In this document: positions 38,350 through 50,491 of the stretch, piece after piece
How the letters are laid out: each line of letters begins with the position of its first letter
Position numbering within the stretch: the first letter of the stretch is position 1
Source: an uncultured Candidatus Binatia bacterium
GTDB taxonomy: Bacteria; Desulfobacterota; Binatia; UBA9968; JAJDTQ01
DNA: 64,000 nucleotides
NCBI GenBank assembly: GCA_964291295.2
Contig: OZ219754.1
Span: 2,272,001-2,336,000, forward strand
Direction of reading: 5' to 3'
The notes under the pieces: generated by a model
Seen by the model: the letters and a program-made list of their open reading frames with translations, nothing else
Database searches by the model: none
Told to the model about the DNA's origin: nothing
Translations under genes and position numbers: made by a program

Positions 38350-39260
38350 CGGTTGAGTCTCCTCGTCCGTTCCATGAGCGCCTTCAGTCCTTCGAGCCGG
38401 GCGCCCGCTTCGAGCTTCTCGAGCACCCCGTCCTGCTGAGCCACCTCCGCGTAGAGCTTCATGGCGGACCGGACAAAGCCCTCGAAGGTCTCGATGTCGA
38501 AATCGAGGCCCTGCGGATCGTTCCGAAGGGCGTACTCCCTGGCCAGGGTCACGTAGTAGTCGCCGAAATCCAGCACGTGGCGGTGGTAGTTCCTGCTGCG
38601 CACGTGCCGCGACAGGAGTTGGCTGTAGCCGAGCACCACCAGTTCGTTGCCCTGGTTCAGTCGGTGGCGGTTGAGCTCCACGAACGCGACCTTGGCGCGG
38701 TCGATGCGTTCCGCTTCCACCCGAGCCAGATACTCCAGCGGCGTTCCCTCGTGTTCCCGGATCGACGCGTTCCAGGCCACAACCACGTCGTCAAGCACCC
38801 GAATGTACTCGAACGGGTCGTCTTTGGGAAGGAGCGCGCCGGAGATGCGCTGGAACGTTCGCAGCGCTTCGAGCTGGCGCGCCGCCGCCCCGGCCAGTTC
38901 GCCGCCGCCCCGCACCACGTTCCGGTAGTGGCGGACGGCCAGCCCGTAGTCCCGGAGCCGCTCGTAGGCGGTGGCCCGCGTAAACTCCACGATGTCGTTG
39001 TAGCCGTTCCCGTGCTTGCGCTGATGGTCTTCCAGGCGCAGCAGCGTTGCCTTCAGGATGCTGGTCCCGGTGACGTCCTTGGGGACGTCGAACCGGTAGA
39101 TGTCCTCCCGCGCCAGCCGCTGGAACTCGTTGACGATTTCCAGCAGGTTCGCGGGCTGCACGTAGCGCGGATCCGGCGCTTCGGTGCGCGCGCAGCCGAG
39201 AAGCATCAGCGCCCACAGGCAGGAGGCGGCTACCGTCTTGTGACAATGAGCGAATAGCAC
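38346..39260 (-). CDS. Putative lipoprotein, TPR-like
   Basis: LMLLG-C lipobox-like sequence; ATGA coupling to the downstream gene. Confidence 0.7.
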   Translation of the reverse strand: MLFAHCHKTVAASCLWALMLLGCARTEAPDPRYVQPANLLEIVNEFQRLAREDIYRFDVPKDVTGTSILKATLLRLEDHQRKHGNGYNDIVEFTRATAYERLRDYGLAVRHYRNVVRGGGELAGAAARQLEALRTFQRISGALLPKDDPFEYIRVLDDVVVAWNASIREHEGTPLEYLARVEAERIDRAKVAFVELNRHRLNQGNELVVLGYSQLLSRHVRSRNYHRHVLDFGDYYVTLAREYALRNDPQGLDFDIETFEGFVRSAMKLYAEVAQQDGVLEKLEAGARLEGLKALMERTRRLNR

Positions 39261-39586
39261 AGGATCAGGTCGCCCTCGTCGGCCGCGAAGTCGTGGGGAA
39301 CCCCCCGGGGAACGTGACAGAGCATGCCCGGGCCGAGCGCGGTGGTGGCTCCGGCGGCGCGCAGCCGGCCCCGCCCCTGGAGCACGTGGCAGACCACGTC
39401 CTTGTCGTCATGGACGATCTGCCTGGGGTCGCTGGCGGCGGTGGCGCTGAACGAAACCAGGCCGACGTCGAAGCCCTCGCCCTTGATGCAGCCCTTGTGG
39501 CGGATTTCGGAGTTGACGGCGGCCAGCGCGGCCAGGGCCTCGTTGATGTCCACGACCTTGGGGCCGGACGGTGTGCATTCGGCCAA
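39230..39586 (-). CDS. Cupin domain protein
   Basis: H.DKDVVCHVLQGRG...G.LCHVPRGVPHDF. Confidence 0.8.
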   Translation of the reverse strand: MAECTPSGPKVVDINEALAALAAVNSEIRHKGCIKGEGFDVGLVSFSATAASDPRQIVHDDKDVVCHVLQGRGRLRAAGATTALGPGMLCHVPRGVPHDFAADEGDLILCYSLIVTRR

Positions 39587-39598
39587 ACGAACCTCCGC

Positions 39599-40540
39599 TC
39601 AGTCCGTGGGTTCCGTGATGTGGGCCAGTATCGCGTCCATGGCCCGGTCCGCTTCTCGGTCCGGCAGCCGGCATGACCCCACGACCCGGTGGCCGCCGCC
39701 GCCGTAGTGGCTGAGCAGTTCGCCCACGTTGACCGTGGAAGTGGTGTTGAAGATGTTGTAGCCCACCGAAATGGCCGTCGTCCGGGGCCGCTGCGGATCC
39801 CGGGACACCTTCATGGAGATGTTCGCGTCGGGGAACAGCGTATAGAGCAGGAACCGGTTGGCGTCGGTCAGGTCTTCGGTATCGCGCAGATCGAGGAGGA
39901 TGACATTGCCCCGGAGTTCGGCCCGCTCCAGCAGTTGCCGGCGCAGCCGGTCCTGGAGGCTCAGGACGCGCGCGCCGCGCGCCTTGACCTCGGGGTCGTC
40001 CAGCACCTCGTCCAGAGTGCGGTCGCGAATCAGATCGATGAGGCGCCGCCAGTAGGGCTCCTCGGCGTCGTCCTTGCCGTGGAGGGTCATGGAGACCAGC
40101 ACATGGCCCGCCGGCTGCAGGACGTCGTCCCGGGTCAGGGTGCCGCCGTCGATCTTGTCCGTTTCCCGCAGCAGCCGGGACATGCGGTGGGTGTGCAGCA
40201 GGCTCTGGCCGGAGCGCTGGCGCGCCGGCGAGGCGCCGGGCACTTCGCTGTAGTACTCGTACACCACCCGGGCCGCGCTGGGCGCCAGGCGGAAGGCGCC
40301 GCGCCCGGCCACCACCGGGCGGTCGAAGCCGGCCGCGCCGTTGGTGAAGTGATGGTCGAACCAGAGGCTGCAGGCCGGGTGGTAGGGGAGGTTGGCGATG
40401 ATGTCCCCGGAGCGTATCTCGACGGCGCCGTCCTGCATGAACTTGGGCTCCACGAAGAGGTACGAATCGATCTCCTCCAGGGCGGTGATGAGGGCGCCGC
40501 AGACGATGCCGTCGAAATCCGGTCGGGTTACCAGCCTCAT
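39599..40540 (-). CDS. DHH-family phosphoesterase (exopolyphosphatase-related)
   Basis: MRLVTRPDFDG, NLPYHP, WFDHH, APSAARVVY, YGGGGH. Confidence 0.88.
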   Translation of the reverse strand: MRLVTRPDFDGIVCGALITALEEIDSYLFVEPKFMQDGAVEIRSGDIIANLPYHPACSLWFDHHFTNGAAGFDRPVVAGRGAFRLAPSAARVVYEYYSEVPGASPARQRSGQSLLHTHRMSRLLRETDKIDGGTLTRDDVLQPAGHVLVSMTLHGKDDAEEPYWRRLIDLIRDRTLDEVLDDPEVKARGARVLSLQDRLRRQLLERAELRGNVILLDLRDTEDLTDANRFLLYTLFPDANISMKVSRDPQRPRTTAISVGYNIFNTTSTVNVGELLSHYGGGGHRVVGSCRLPDREADRAMDAILAHITEPTD

Positions 40541-41664
40541 GCGCAAAGCACCTCGTCCACGGGGGTCTGCGGCATTCCCAGGGCACTGGCGACGCCCGCG
40601 TGGGTCACCTGGCCGGCGCAGACGTTGAGGCCCCGGGCCAGCGAGCGGCTTTCCCGCATGGCCCGCCGCAGCCCCTTGTCGGCCAGGGCCAGGCCGTAGG
40701 ACAGTGTGGCGTTGGTCAGGGCGTGGGTGGCGGTGTGAGGCACCAGGGCCGGCATGTTGGTCACGCAATAGTGCACCACCCGCTCCTCCACGTAGACCGG
40801 GTCGCGATGGGTGGTGGGCCGGGAGGTTTCGGCGAACCCTCCCTGGTCGATGGACACGTCGACGATGGCCGCCCCCCGCTTCATCTGCCGGATCCGGTCC
40901 CGCGGCAGCAGCATCGGAGTCCTGTCGCCGGTGATGAGAACCGAACCCACCAGCAGGTCGGCGTCAACGACCTCCTCCTCCAGATTGGCCTGATTGGACA
41001 TGAGAGTGGTGAGCCGGCCGCCGAGGATGTCGTGGATGTAGCGGAGGCGGGCCGGGTTGACATCAAGCACGCTGACGTAGGCCCCCATTCCCGCCGCCAC
41101 CTGGCACGCGGCCGTTCCCACCGTGCCGGCCCCGAGCACCACCACCTTGCCCGGACGGACCCCCGAGGCGCCGCCCAGCAGCACGCCCCTGCCGCCATGC
41201 TCCGCCTGCAGGCACCAGGCGCCCACCTGCAGCGACAGCCGCCCGGCGATTTCGCTCATGGGCGTCAACAGCGGCAGCGAGCCGTCGTCCAGCTGGATGG
41301 TCTCGTAGCCGATGGCGGCCACCTTCCGCTCGCACAGCGTCCGCGTCAGTTCGGGTTGGGCGGCCAGGTGGAGATAGGTGAACAACATCTGGTCCGGCCT
41401 CAGCCAGTCGAACTCGTCGGCAATCGGTTCCTTGACCTTCATCACGAGGTCCGCCCGGGCCCAGACGTCCTGCGCCCGATCCACCACGGTGGCGCCGGTG
41501 GCGGTGTAGGCGCGGTTGGTGATATGGCTGCCCCGGCCGGCGTTGCGCTCCACCACCACCTGGTGTCCGTGAGCCATGAAGGCGGCCGCCCCGGCCGGGG
41601 TCAGAGCGACCCGGTTCTCTTCGACTTTCCGTTCTCGGGGTACGCCCACGACCATCGATGTCAT
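40537..41664 (-). CDS. ald: Alanine dehydrogenase
   Basis: GVPRE.K.EENRVALTP, KVKEP, FTYLHLAA, LLTPMSEIAGR, DVSIDQGG, HYCVTNMP. Confidence 0.95.
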   Translation of the reverse strand: MTSMVVGVPRERKVEENRVALTPAGAAAFMAHGHQVVVERNAGRGSHITNRAYTATGATVVDRAQDVWARADLVMKVKEPIADEFDWLRPDQMLFTYLHLAAQPELTRTLCERKVAAIGYETIQLDDGSLPLLTPMSEIAGRLSLQVGAWCLQAEHGGRGVLLGGASGVRPGKVVVLGAGTVGTAACQVAAGMGAYVSVLDVNPARLRYIHDILGGRLTTLMSNQANLEEEVVDADLLVGSVLITGDRTPMLLPRDRIRQMKRGAAIVDVSIDQGGFAETSRPTTHRDPVYVEERVVHYCVTNMPALVPHTATHALTNATLSYGLALADKGLRRAMRESRSLARGLNVCAGQVTHAGVASALGMPQTPVDEVLCA

Positions 41665-41879
41665 TGGTACGCGAGCACCTGTGGAGTGTCAAGACGACAC
41701 CGCGGCACCGCCGGCCTTGCGGGGCTGTCCCACGCTGCGTGTTTACGTGGGGGAGGGGGGCAGGCACTGAAGTTCTTGCGCCGGGGCAGTCATGTTTCGG
41801 GAATGTGGGAACGCAGCTGCAAGGGGTCGAGCGCGATCCACGGTGAGGCTCCGGAAGGGTATTCGCTGTCGGAGGTGGA

Positions 41880-42460
41880 AGTGTGCTTTGTGTCGATGAG
41901 AAGAGCCAGATCCAGGCGCTCGACCGCACCCAGCCTGTCCTGCCGATGCTGCCGGGCATACCCGAGCGACGCACACACGACGACAAGCGCCACGGCACCC
42001 CCTCGCTGTTTGCCGCCCTTGAAGTCGCCACCGGCTTTGTCATCGCAAATGCTACCGCCGCCACCGGGCCAGGGAGTTCCGCGACTTCCTGAAGCAGGTC
42101 GACCGCCGCGTTCCCGCAGGCCTCGACATCCACATCGTCATGGACAACTACGCAACCCACAAAACCGCGGCGGTCTGGGCCTGGCTGGCGCGAGGGCCGC
42201 ACTGGCATGTCCACTTCACGCCGACACCCGGCTCCTGGATCAATCAGGCCGAGCGATGGTTCGCCGAACTGACGCGCAAGCAACTGCAGCGCGGGGTACA
42301 CCGTTCAACCCGGCAACTCGAAGCTGATATCCGCGCCTTCATCGACAAGCATAACCAGAACCAAAGCCCTTCAAATGGACCGAATATGCCGACGAAGTCC
42401 TCGCCGCGGTCAAGTGGTTCTGCCTCCGTGTCCAACAAAACCCATGCTACGAACTTTGCT
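41880..42460 (+). mobile_element. IS630-family transposase remnant (frameshifted, 5'-truncated)
   Basis: [13 protein letters not shown]...[15 protein letters not shown]; MDNYATHK...HFTPTPGSWINQAERWF. Confidence 0.9.
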
Positions 42461-42521
42461 TGGCGCAATGCAAGTCTGGTATGGCGAGAGTAACGGCGGC
42501 TTGCGGTGGACCCGAGCCTGC

Positions 42522-42989
42522 TTACAGACAAATCGCTTCCCAAAGAAACCACGCAAGCAAGCCGAGGAACAGGACGCCGAATGAAACCGGCAAGAGAGTT
42601 TCTACCGTGGTGAGCTTTGAATAGAGCTTTGGATCCTTGCCCTCTCCCACGAAATGCCACTCGCGTACGAAGGGTCGATAGGGAAGCTGCTCCTCAAGCT
42701 CGTGCAGCATTTTGAATTTGCCGCTGTTGAGCTGACGGTAGGATCGGATAACCACGCCCCAAGAGATCGCCACGATGCACCCCATAAGGGCAAAAAATGA
42801 CATCACGATAGTGATAGTAACGGCATCACCACCTACCCCGAATCGCGCTACCAAACCGGCAAGGACAAAAAGACCGGAAAGCAGGCTGACATAAAGTTGG
42901 TTCGCTCTTTCCCGCCTTTGACTTACCCTGTCGGCAAGCTCAGCGTGAAGCTTGTATAATTCGATGATTGTGGAATTTTCACCCGCCAT
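42522..42989 (-). CDS. Small membrane protein (3 hydrophobic segments), RipA/8xMP-like putative defence effector
   Basis: ELYKL.AE.ADRVSQRR..ANQLY, W...IRSYRQLNSGKFK...ELEEQLP..PF..EW; low GC; family call from memory of the motif. Confidence 0.7.
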   Translation of the reverse strand: MAGENSTIIELYKLHAELADRVSQRRERANQLYVSLLSGLFVLAGLVARFGVGGDAVTITIVMSFFALMGCIVAISWGVVIRSYRQLNSGKFKMLHELEEQLPYRPFVREWHFVGEGKDPKLYSKLTTVETLLPVSFGVLFLGLLAWFLWEAICL

Positions 42990-43015
42990 CACACGTTTTC
43001 ACCCGCCATCACACG
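42976..43015. repeat. Perfect 20-bp tandem duplication spanning the TIR stop / effector start junction
   Basis: ttttcacccgccatcacacg x2. Confidence 0.95.
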
Positions 43016-43419
43016 ACTTCTCCAATTGCCCTTACTATACTTTCGGTATTCCATTTTACGATCTTATTCGCATTAGTCTTTACAATTCTGGATGTTCTCT
43101 CGTTCCCCCAAGGTTCAATTGCGACGATTGGTTTTTGAATAGAGAATCCTTCCTTTGCCAAACGAATTTCTTCATTTATCCATTTACTATGGGTCGCATA
43201 TACTCCGGCTAAAAGCAATACGACACTACACGATGCCATCTGTCTCTGGATAGCGTTTCGCAATGCAGAAGGGGAATTCGCGTTATGGACTGGATCATTC
43301 CAGGGGACCGAATCATTCCTGAAGTCGAGATACGGTCTCGAATTCAATAACGCCAAGAGCCGGTCATGCGGGTCACTATAATTCCACGAATGGCCAATGA
43401 AGAGGTTCAATGTTCTCAC
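43009..43419 (-). CDS. MTH538/DUF1863 TIR-like domain protein (Thoeris ThsB-like)
   Basis: NLFIGHSW.Y, N.SVP..DP, SVVLLLAGVYATHSKWINEEI (catalytic Glu position), KPIVAIEPWG, VKWNTESIVRAI. Confidence 0.88.
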   Translation of the reverse strand: MRTLNLFIGHSWNYSDPHDRLLALLNSRPYLDFRNDSVPWNDPVHNANSPSALRNAIQRQMASCSVVLLLAGVYATHSKWINEEIRLAKEGFSIQKPIVAIEPWGNERTSRIVKTNANKIVKWNTESIVRAIGEVV

Positions 43420-43712
43420 GGTGTCATCGCCATATAGGTGATCTCAAATTGAGACATCATCCAGTGGTTGTCAATGCTACCGGCGGTTTTATTCTGGAGC
43501 ATCGGTTCCACAGGTCCCCGTCGGGGCCGGGTAGACGAGGGTTCTGCGGCGCCCCCTCCTCCACAGATGCAGACTTGCCCGCATTAGAGCATCGGGCTCC
43601 CTACATGTCAACCTGAATCCGGCGGTTGATGTTGGTCTGGATTCTCTGAAGCCCCTGTAGATCGGGCGGATGAGCGGATTGAAGGAGCCCGCGATAGTCA
43701 CCCATCACGCTG

Positions 43713-44330
43713 GTGGCAGACTCACCACTGCACTACACGAGCCCGCACGCGCCGTCGAAGCAGGACATTCCGGGCACGGTCCTTCTGGCGGTTCTGGCGG
43801 GGCAATCGCGGTATGCGCATATCACGGCACTGCGCCGCGACGGGGTCAACCCGCCGCTGTCGGGAATGGGCAAGGTTGTGAGAGAGAACTCGGTTCACCG
43901 CGGTCTGGAGCGGGTCGGTTCACAGGCCGGGTCGGCTTGGCTTCAGGGTCATCGCGGCGACACGGTTTGTCCCCTGCTGAGCGAGCCGTAGGTACTGGAT
44001 TGCGACACGACGATCAAGCCGCTCTACGGCCATCAGGAGAGGGCGTTGGCGAGCTACAACCCGAAGAAGCCGGGGCGTCCCTCGCATGCCTGCCATGCGT
44101 TTCTGATGGCGGGCACGCGGCTTGTTCCGGATGTCGAGGTAGCACCGGGCAACCATCACCGTTCGCGGCGCTGTCCTCGGGGGGGTTGCCCGACCGTCTC
44201 AGCCGGGATCACTGGCCGCGTCTGGTACGGGGCGACAAGGATTGGAGTAGCGAGGGCAACATTGCGTCGTGCGAGGCGGCGGATCTGGACTATCTGTTCA
44301 ACTCGCGCCTGACAAGGGGTGCGCGTCGGT
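43713..44330 (+). mobile_element. IS1380-like transposase remnant (stops and frameshifts)
   Basis: PLHYTSPHAP...LAGQSRYAHITALR.DGVNP; LDCDTTIKPLYGHQE.A..SYNPKKPGRPSH; LVRGDKDWSSEG. Confidence 0.8.
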
Positions 44331-44889
44331 GTTCCGCGCCTTGCTCGCCGCGGGCGGCCGTGCGCCTGCTTCGAGCATCGCTTCGACACATCGACCCCTG
44401 CACCGCAGTCCTCGCCGGTGACGGCTTTGCCGCGCACCGGCACCTGCAGTCGTGTTGGCGCTGCTGCAGCCGCGTCCGGCCGCACGCTCCGCAAGACTGC
44501 CCGCGCCTCCGTCCGCGCCGTTGATGTGCGTGACCGCACTGGCGCACCGCACGCCGCGGCAAAGGGTGCGCCATCCCCGTCTGCGTTTGCGGTAACGACG
44601 CAATCGCCCTGGCCGGCCGCCGCGACCATCCCGCGCAAACTTCGGTTGGCGATCCGGGAAGCGACTTTCGAGTCGCCCGTGCACAGCCGGCCCGGATCAT
44701 CTCCAACCCCACGGCGCGGGACAGTGCCGGCCGACCGCCGCGACCGGCTCCGGCGGCCGGCCCGTCTGAAGCCGGGCCACGGGTATCCGGACACGGGCAT
44801 CGGGATACGGGCCGGTTCGTGAAACCCGTCATTGACCTCGTTCTCCGGGCGTGTTAACCGGATTTCGCCATGTACGAGGCGGTGGGACG

Positions 44890-45738
44890 ATGATCATCGA
44901 CGGCAAGGCGGTGGCGCAGCAGGTTCGCGACGAGGTGCGGGTGGAGACCGAGAGGCTCGGCAGGGACCACGGGGTGGTGCCCGGACTCGGCGTCGTGCTG
45001 GTGGGAGACGATCCGGCGTCCCGCATCTACGTTCGGAACAAGGAGAAGGCGTGCGCCGAAGTGGGAATCCGGTCGGTGGAGCTCCTGCTTCCCGCGTCGG
45101 TTTCCGAGGCCGAGCTGGTGGAGACCATCGTCCGGTTCAACGAGGATCCAACCATCCACGGCATTCTCGTGCAACTGCCGCTGCCCGATCATGTCCGGTC
45201 CGACCGGATTCTGGAGACCGTCTCTCCGGAGAAGGATGTGGACGGCTTTCACCCGGTCAACCAGGGGCGGCTTCTTTCCGGCGGCACCGGCTTCCAGCCG
45301 TGTACTCCCTTGGGCATCATGAGGATGCTGGATTCCACGGACTGCCACCTCAAGGGGAAAAACGCCGTGGTGGTGGGTCGCAGCAACATCGTCGGCAAGC
45401 CCGTGGCGCTCATGCTGCTGGCGCGCCACGCCACCGTGACGCTGTGTCATTCACGCACCCGGGACCTTGGCGCCGAAGTGGCGCGGGCGGACGTGGTGGT
45501 GGCGGCGGTGGGCCGGCCCGGCGCCATTCGCGGGGACTGGATCAGGCCCGGCGCCGTGGTCATTGATGTGGGCATCAACCGCCTGCCCACGGGCAAGCTC
45601 GCGGGCGACGTGGAGTTCGAGCCGGCCCGGCAGCGGGCGTCGTGGATCTCGCCGGTGCCGGGGGGCGTCGGCCCCATGACCATCTGCATGCTGCTGTCGA
45701 ACACGCTGTTGTCGGCGCAACGGTCGCTGGAGTCGTGA
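44890..45738 (+). CDS. folD: Bifunctional methylene-THF dehydrogenase/cyclohydrolase
   Basis: [46 protein letters not shown]. Confidence 0.97.
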   Translation: MIIDGKAVAQQVRDEVRVETERLGRDHGVVPGLGVVLVGDDPASRIYVRNKEKACAEVGIRSVELLLPASVSEAELVETIVRFNEDPTIHGILVQLPLPDHVRSDRILETVSPEKDVDGFHPVNQGRLLSGGTGFQPCTPLGIMRMLDSTDCHLKGKNAVVVGRSNIVGKPVALMLLARHATVTLCHSRTRDLGAEVARADVVVAAVGRPGAIRGDWIRPGAVVIDVGINRLPTGKLAGDVEFEPARQRASWISPVPGGVGPMTICMLLSNTLLSAQRSLES

Positions 45739-45788
45739 CGGATCCCGGAGCGCCGCGGCCGTAACCGCAACAGGCAGGAACCGGTATC

Positions 45789-46868
<1,080 letters not shown>

Positions 46869-46905
46869 GCGCCCGCGCCGGCATACCGTGGTCGAGGAGG
46901 AACCG

Positions 46906-47316
46906 ATGAAGTACCCGAAGGGTCTGCGGTATTCGAGGGAGCATGAGTGGGTGATGATGGAAGAGGGTGACCACGGCGTCATCGGCATATCGGACTTCGC
47001 TCAGAACGAGCTGGGCGACGTGGTCTACGTGGAGGCGCCGGAGCCGGGCCAGGAGATCAGCAAGGAGGGTCCCTTCGGCGCGGTGGAATCCGTCAAGGCG
47101 GTGTCCGATCTGTATGCGCCGGTGAGCGGCACGGTCGTCGAAGTCAACGAGACGCTGGCGGAGAGGCCGGAGCTTGTCAACGAGGACCCCTATGGAGACG
47201 GCTGGATCATCCGTGTGCGCCTGTCGGATGTCGGCGAACTGGACCATCTCATGTCGCCGGATGAGTACCAGCGGTACTGCGAGGAGCCTCCGGAGGACGA
47301 CGACGACGGCGCTTGA
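46906..47316 (+). CDS. gcvH: Glycine cleavage system H protein
   Basis: [27 protein letters not shown] (lipoyl Lys), [10 protein letters not shown]. Confidence 0.96.
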   Translation: MKYPKGLRYSREHEWVMMEEGDHGVIGISDFAQNELGDVVYVEAPEPGQEISKEGPFGAVESVKAVSDLYAPVSGTVVEVNETLAERPELVNEDPYGDGWIIRVRLSDVGELDHLMSPDEYQRYCEEPPEDDDDGA

Positions 47317-50189
47317 CGCCGCGTGAGGATCAGGCCGTGGACCGGAAAGAGCAGGGAAACTCGTTTCGAGAGCTGTTTTCGTCGCGGCACATCGGACCCG
47401 GCGCGTCCGAGATCCAGGAGATGCTCGCGGCGCTGGGCCTGCGGTCCCTCCAGGAGCTGGTGGAGCGGGCGGTGCCCGAGAGCATCCGGTTTTCGGGCAC
47501 CCTGAGCCTGCCGGAACCGCTCACCGAAGCGCAGCTTCTGCGCGAAGCCCGGGATATCGCCGGGGCCAACCGCCCGGTCCGGTCCTGCATCGGCATGGGG
47601 TACTACGACTGTCTGACCCCGGCCGTCATCCTCAGGAACATCCTCGAGAACCCGGGCTGGTACACCGCCTACACGCCGTATCAGCCGGAGATCGCCCAGG
47701 GCCGTCTGGAAGCCCTGTTGAACTTCCAGACCATGGTCATGGACCTCACGGCCATGGATATCGCCAACTCCTCCCTGCTGGACGAGGGAACCGCCGCCGC
47801 CGAGGCCGTTTTCCTGGCCTTGAATCTGGAGAAACGGGGACGCCGGCGGCTGTTCGTCTCCGAGGACGTCTTCCCGCAGACCCTGGAGGTGATGGGCACC
47901 CGCGCGGCGCCCCTGGGCGTCGAGCCGGTCACGGCGGCGGCCGGTGCCGAACCGCCGGACGACGCCTTTGCCGCCTTCATCCAGTATCCCGCCGCCAGCG
48001 GGGCGATTCCCGACCTGGAGGCGTTCATCCGCCGCTGCCAGGACCGCGGCATCGTGAGCATCGTCGCCGCCGATCTGTTGAGCCTGTGCCTGCTCAAGCC
48101 CCCGGGAGAGATGGGCGCGGACCTCGTGGTCGGCAGCGCCCAGCGCTTCGGCGTGCCCATGGGGTTCGGCGGCCCGCACGCCGGCTTTCTCGCCGCCCGG
48201 GACCAGTACCGGCGAATGATTCCCGGGCGGCTGGTGGGGGTCTCCCGGGACGCGCACGGACAACGGGCGCTGCGGCTGGCGCTGCAGACCCGCGAACAGC
48301 ACATTCGCCGGGAGAAGGCCACCAGCAATATCTGTACCGCGCAGGTGCTGCTGGCGGTGATGGCGTCGATGTACGCGGTCTACCACGGTCCGTCGGGTCT
48401 CCGGAACATCGCGGCGCGGGTTCACCGGTACGCATCGGTTCTGGCGCAGGGTCTTGCGGACGCCGGTTTCCCCCTGGCCGCCGACCACTTCTTCGACACC
48501 CTCCGGGTGAGCGTGGATGCCCGCCGGGCCGACGCCATCCAGCGGACCGCGGCGGAGCGCGGCATCAACCTGGGCCGGCCGGCCGCCGGTCAACTGCATG
48601 TCTCGCTGGACGAGACCACCGGCGACGACGACGTGCGCGACCTGTTGCAGGTGTTCGGCGTGGGAGCCGCGATGCCGGAGCCGCGGGCGCGCCTGCCCGA
48701 AGGATACGTCCGGCAGAGCGTCTTCCTGGAGGAGGAGGTGTTCAACCGGCACCACTCCGAGACCCGGATGCTGCGCTACATGGCGCAGCTTCAGGCGAAG
48801 GACCTGAGCCTGGTGCAGTCCATGATCCCCCTGGGCTCCTGCACCATGAAGCTCAACGCCACCACCGAGATGATTCCGGTGACGTGGCCGGAGTTTGCCC
48901 GGATGCATCCGTTCGCGCCGGCGGACCAGACCCGGGGGTACCGCCGGCTCATCGCCCGGCTCGAGGAGTGGCTGGCCGTCATCACCGGATTTGCCGCGGT
49001 GTCGGTACAGCCCAATGCCGGTTCCCAGGGCGAGTACTCGGGGCTGCTGGTGATCCGCAGGTATCACGCGGCCCGCGGTCAGGGAGAACGCGACGTCTGC
49101 CTCATTCCCGCCTCCGCTCACGGCACCAATCCGGCCAGTGCGGTGCTGGCGGGCATGACCGTGGTGGTCGTGGACTGCGATGACGACGGCAATATCGACC
49201 TGGACGACCTGCGCGCCAAGGCGGACCGGGCCGGCGGCCGCCTCGCCGCGCTCATGGTCACCTATCCATCCACCCACGGGGTGTTCGAGGAGACCATCAC
49301 GGACATTTGCCGCGTGGTCCACGAGCGCGGCGGCCAGGTCTATCTGGACGGCGCCAATCTCAACGCGCTGGTGGGGCTGTGCCGTCCCGGCACCATCGGG
49401 CCGGACGTGTGCCACCTGAACCTTCACAAGACGTTCTGCATCCCGCACGGCGGCGGCGGCCCGGGTGTCGGCCCCCTGGCCGTCGGGGAACATCTCCGGA
49501 TGTTTCTGCCCGCGCACGGCATGGTGCCGGAATGCGGCCCGCGCCAGGGGATCACGGCGGTGTCGTCGGCCCCCTGGGGCAGTGCCGGCATCCTGCCGAT
49601 ATCCTGGGCGTATATCGCCATGATGGGGGCCGAGGGGTTGACCCAGGCCACCCGGGTGGCCGTTCTGAACGCCAACTACATCGCCCACCGGCTCTCGTCG
49701 GACTACCGGATCCTCTACCGCGGCCGACACGGCATGGTGGCCCACGAGTGCATCGTCGATGTCCGCCCGTTCAGGGCATCGGCCAATGTCACGGTGGACG
49801 ACGTGGCCAAGAGGCTCATGGACTACGGCTTTCACGCGCCCACCATGTCATGGCCGGTGGCCGGCACGCTGATGATTGAGCCCACCGAAAGCGAATCGCT
49901 GGAAGAACTGGACCGCTTCTGTGACGCCATGATCGCCATTCGGGAAGAGATCCGGGAGATCGAGACAGGTGCCGCGGACCCCCGGGACAACGTGCTCAAG
50001 AACGCGCCCCATAGTGCCTTCCACCTGTTGAGCGAAGACTGGGCGCACCCGTATTCCCGCCACAAGGCGGCGTTTCCGCTGGAATGGGTGCGGCAGCGCA
50101 AGTTCTGGGTGCCGGTGGGCCGGGTGGACAATGCCTACGGCGACAGGAACCTGGTCTGTACCTGCGCGCCGGTTTCGGCCTACGCCTGA
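47313..50189 (+). CDS. gcvP: Glycine dehydrogenase (decarboxylating), single-chain
   Basis: [53 protein letters not shown]. Confidence 0.97.
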   Translation: MTPREDQAVDRKEQGNSFRELFSSRHIGPGASEIQEMLAALGLRSLQELVERAVPESIRFSGTLSLPEPLTEAQLLREARDIAGANRPVRSCIGMGYYDCLTPAVILRNILENPGWYTAYTPYQPEIAQGRLEALLNFQTMVMDLTAMDIANSSLLDEGTAAAEAVFLALNLEKRGRRRLFVSEDVFPQTLEVMGTRAAPLGVEPVTAAAGAEPPDDAFAAFIQYPAASGAIPDLEAFIRRCQDRGIVSIVAADLLSLCLLKPPGEMGADLVVGSAQRFGVPMGFGGPHAGFLAARDQYRRMIPGRLVGVSRDAHGQRALRLALQTREQHIRREKATSNICTAQVLLAVMASMYAVYHGPSGLRNIAARVHRYASVLAQGLADAGFPLAADHFFDTLRVSVDARRADAIQRTAAERGINLGRPAAGQLHVSLDETTGDDDVRDLLQVFGVGAAMPEPRARLPEGYVRQSVFLEEEVFNRHHSETRMLRYMAQLQAKDLSLVQSMIPLGSCTMKLNATTEMIPVTWPEFARMHPFAPADQTRGYRRLIARLEEWLAVITGFAAVSVQPNAGSQGEYSGLLVIRRYHAARGQGERDVCLIPASAHGTNPASAVLAGMTVVVVDCDDDGNIDLDDLRAKADRAGGRLAALMVTYPSTHGVFEETITDICRVVHERGGQVYLDGANLNALVGLCRPGTIGPDVCHLNLHKTFCIPHGGGGPGVGPLAVGEHLRMFLPAHGMVPECGPRQGITAVSSAPWGSAGILPISWAYIAMMGAEGLTQATRVAVLNANYIAHRLSSDYRILYRGRHGMVAHECIVDVRPFRASANVTVDDVAKRLMDYGFHAPTMSWPVAGTLMIEPTESESLEELDRFCDAMIAIREEIREIETGAADPRDNVLKNAPHSAFHLLSEDWAHPYSRHKAAFPLEWVRQRKFWVPVGRVDNAYGDRNLVCTCAPVSAYA

Positions 50190-50263
50190 CCCTTCGCGCC
50201 CGGGAAACCGCGTCGGCTGCTCCTGTCCTGTCCTTGCGGGATATTGTCTGCTAGGGTAGCGAC

Positions 50264-50473
50264 ATGTTCGGACTCGGCATCTGGGAACTGCTGATAATCC
50301 TGGTGATCGTCCTCGTGCTCTTCAGCCGCAGGCTGCCGGAGATCGGCGGCGGGCTGGGCAAGGGGATCAAGAGCTTTCGCAAGTCCCTTCACGAGCCCGA
50401 CGAGATCGACGTGACCGCTTCCGACAAGGGCGAAGGCGAGAGTTCCGGGAAGGAGAGTTCCCGGAAGGACTGA
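50264..50473 (+). CDS. tatA: Twin-arginine translocase TatA/TatE subunit
   Basis: [38 protein letters not shown]. Confidence 0.92.
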   Translation: MFGLGIWELLIILVIVLVLFSRRLPEIGGGLGKGIKSFRKSLHEPDEIDVTASDKGEGESSGKESSRKD

Positions 50474-50491
50474 CGGGTTCGGATGGACGGG

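Noticed and set aside
42522-43419. Canonical Thoeris system
   Set aside because: No ThsA with SIR2-SLOG or Macro domain is adjacent; kept as a non-canonical candidate instead.
44330-45788. Glycine or ZTP riboswitch ahead of folD-gcvTHP
   Set aside because: No recognisable aptamer consensus upstream of folD, and the folD-gcvT gap is only 50 bp.
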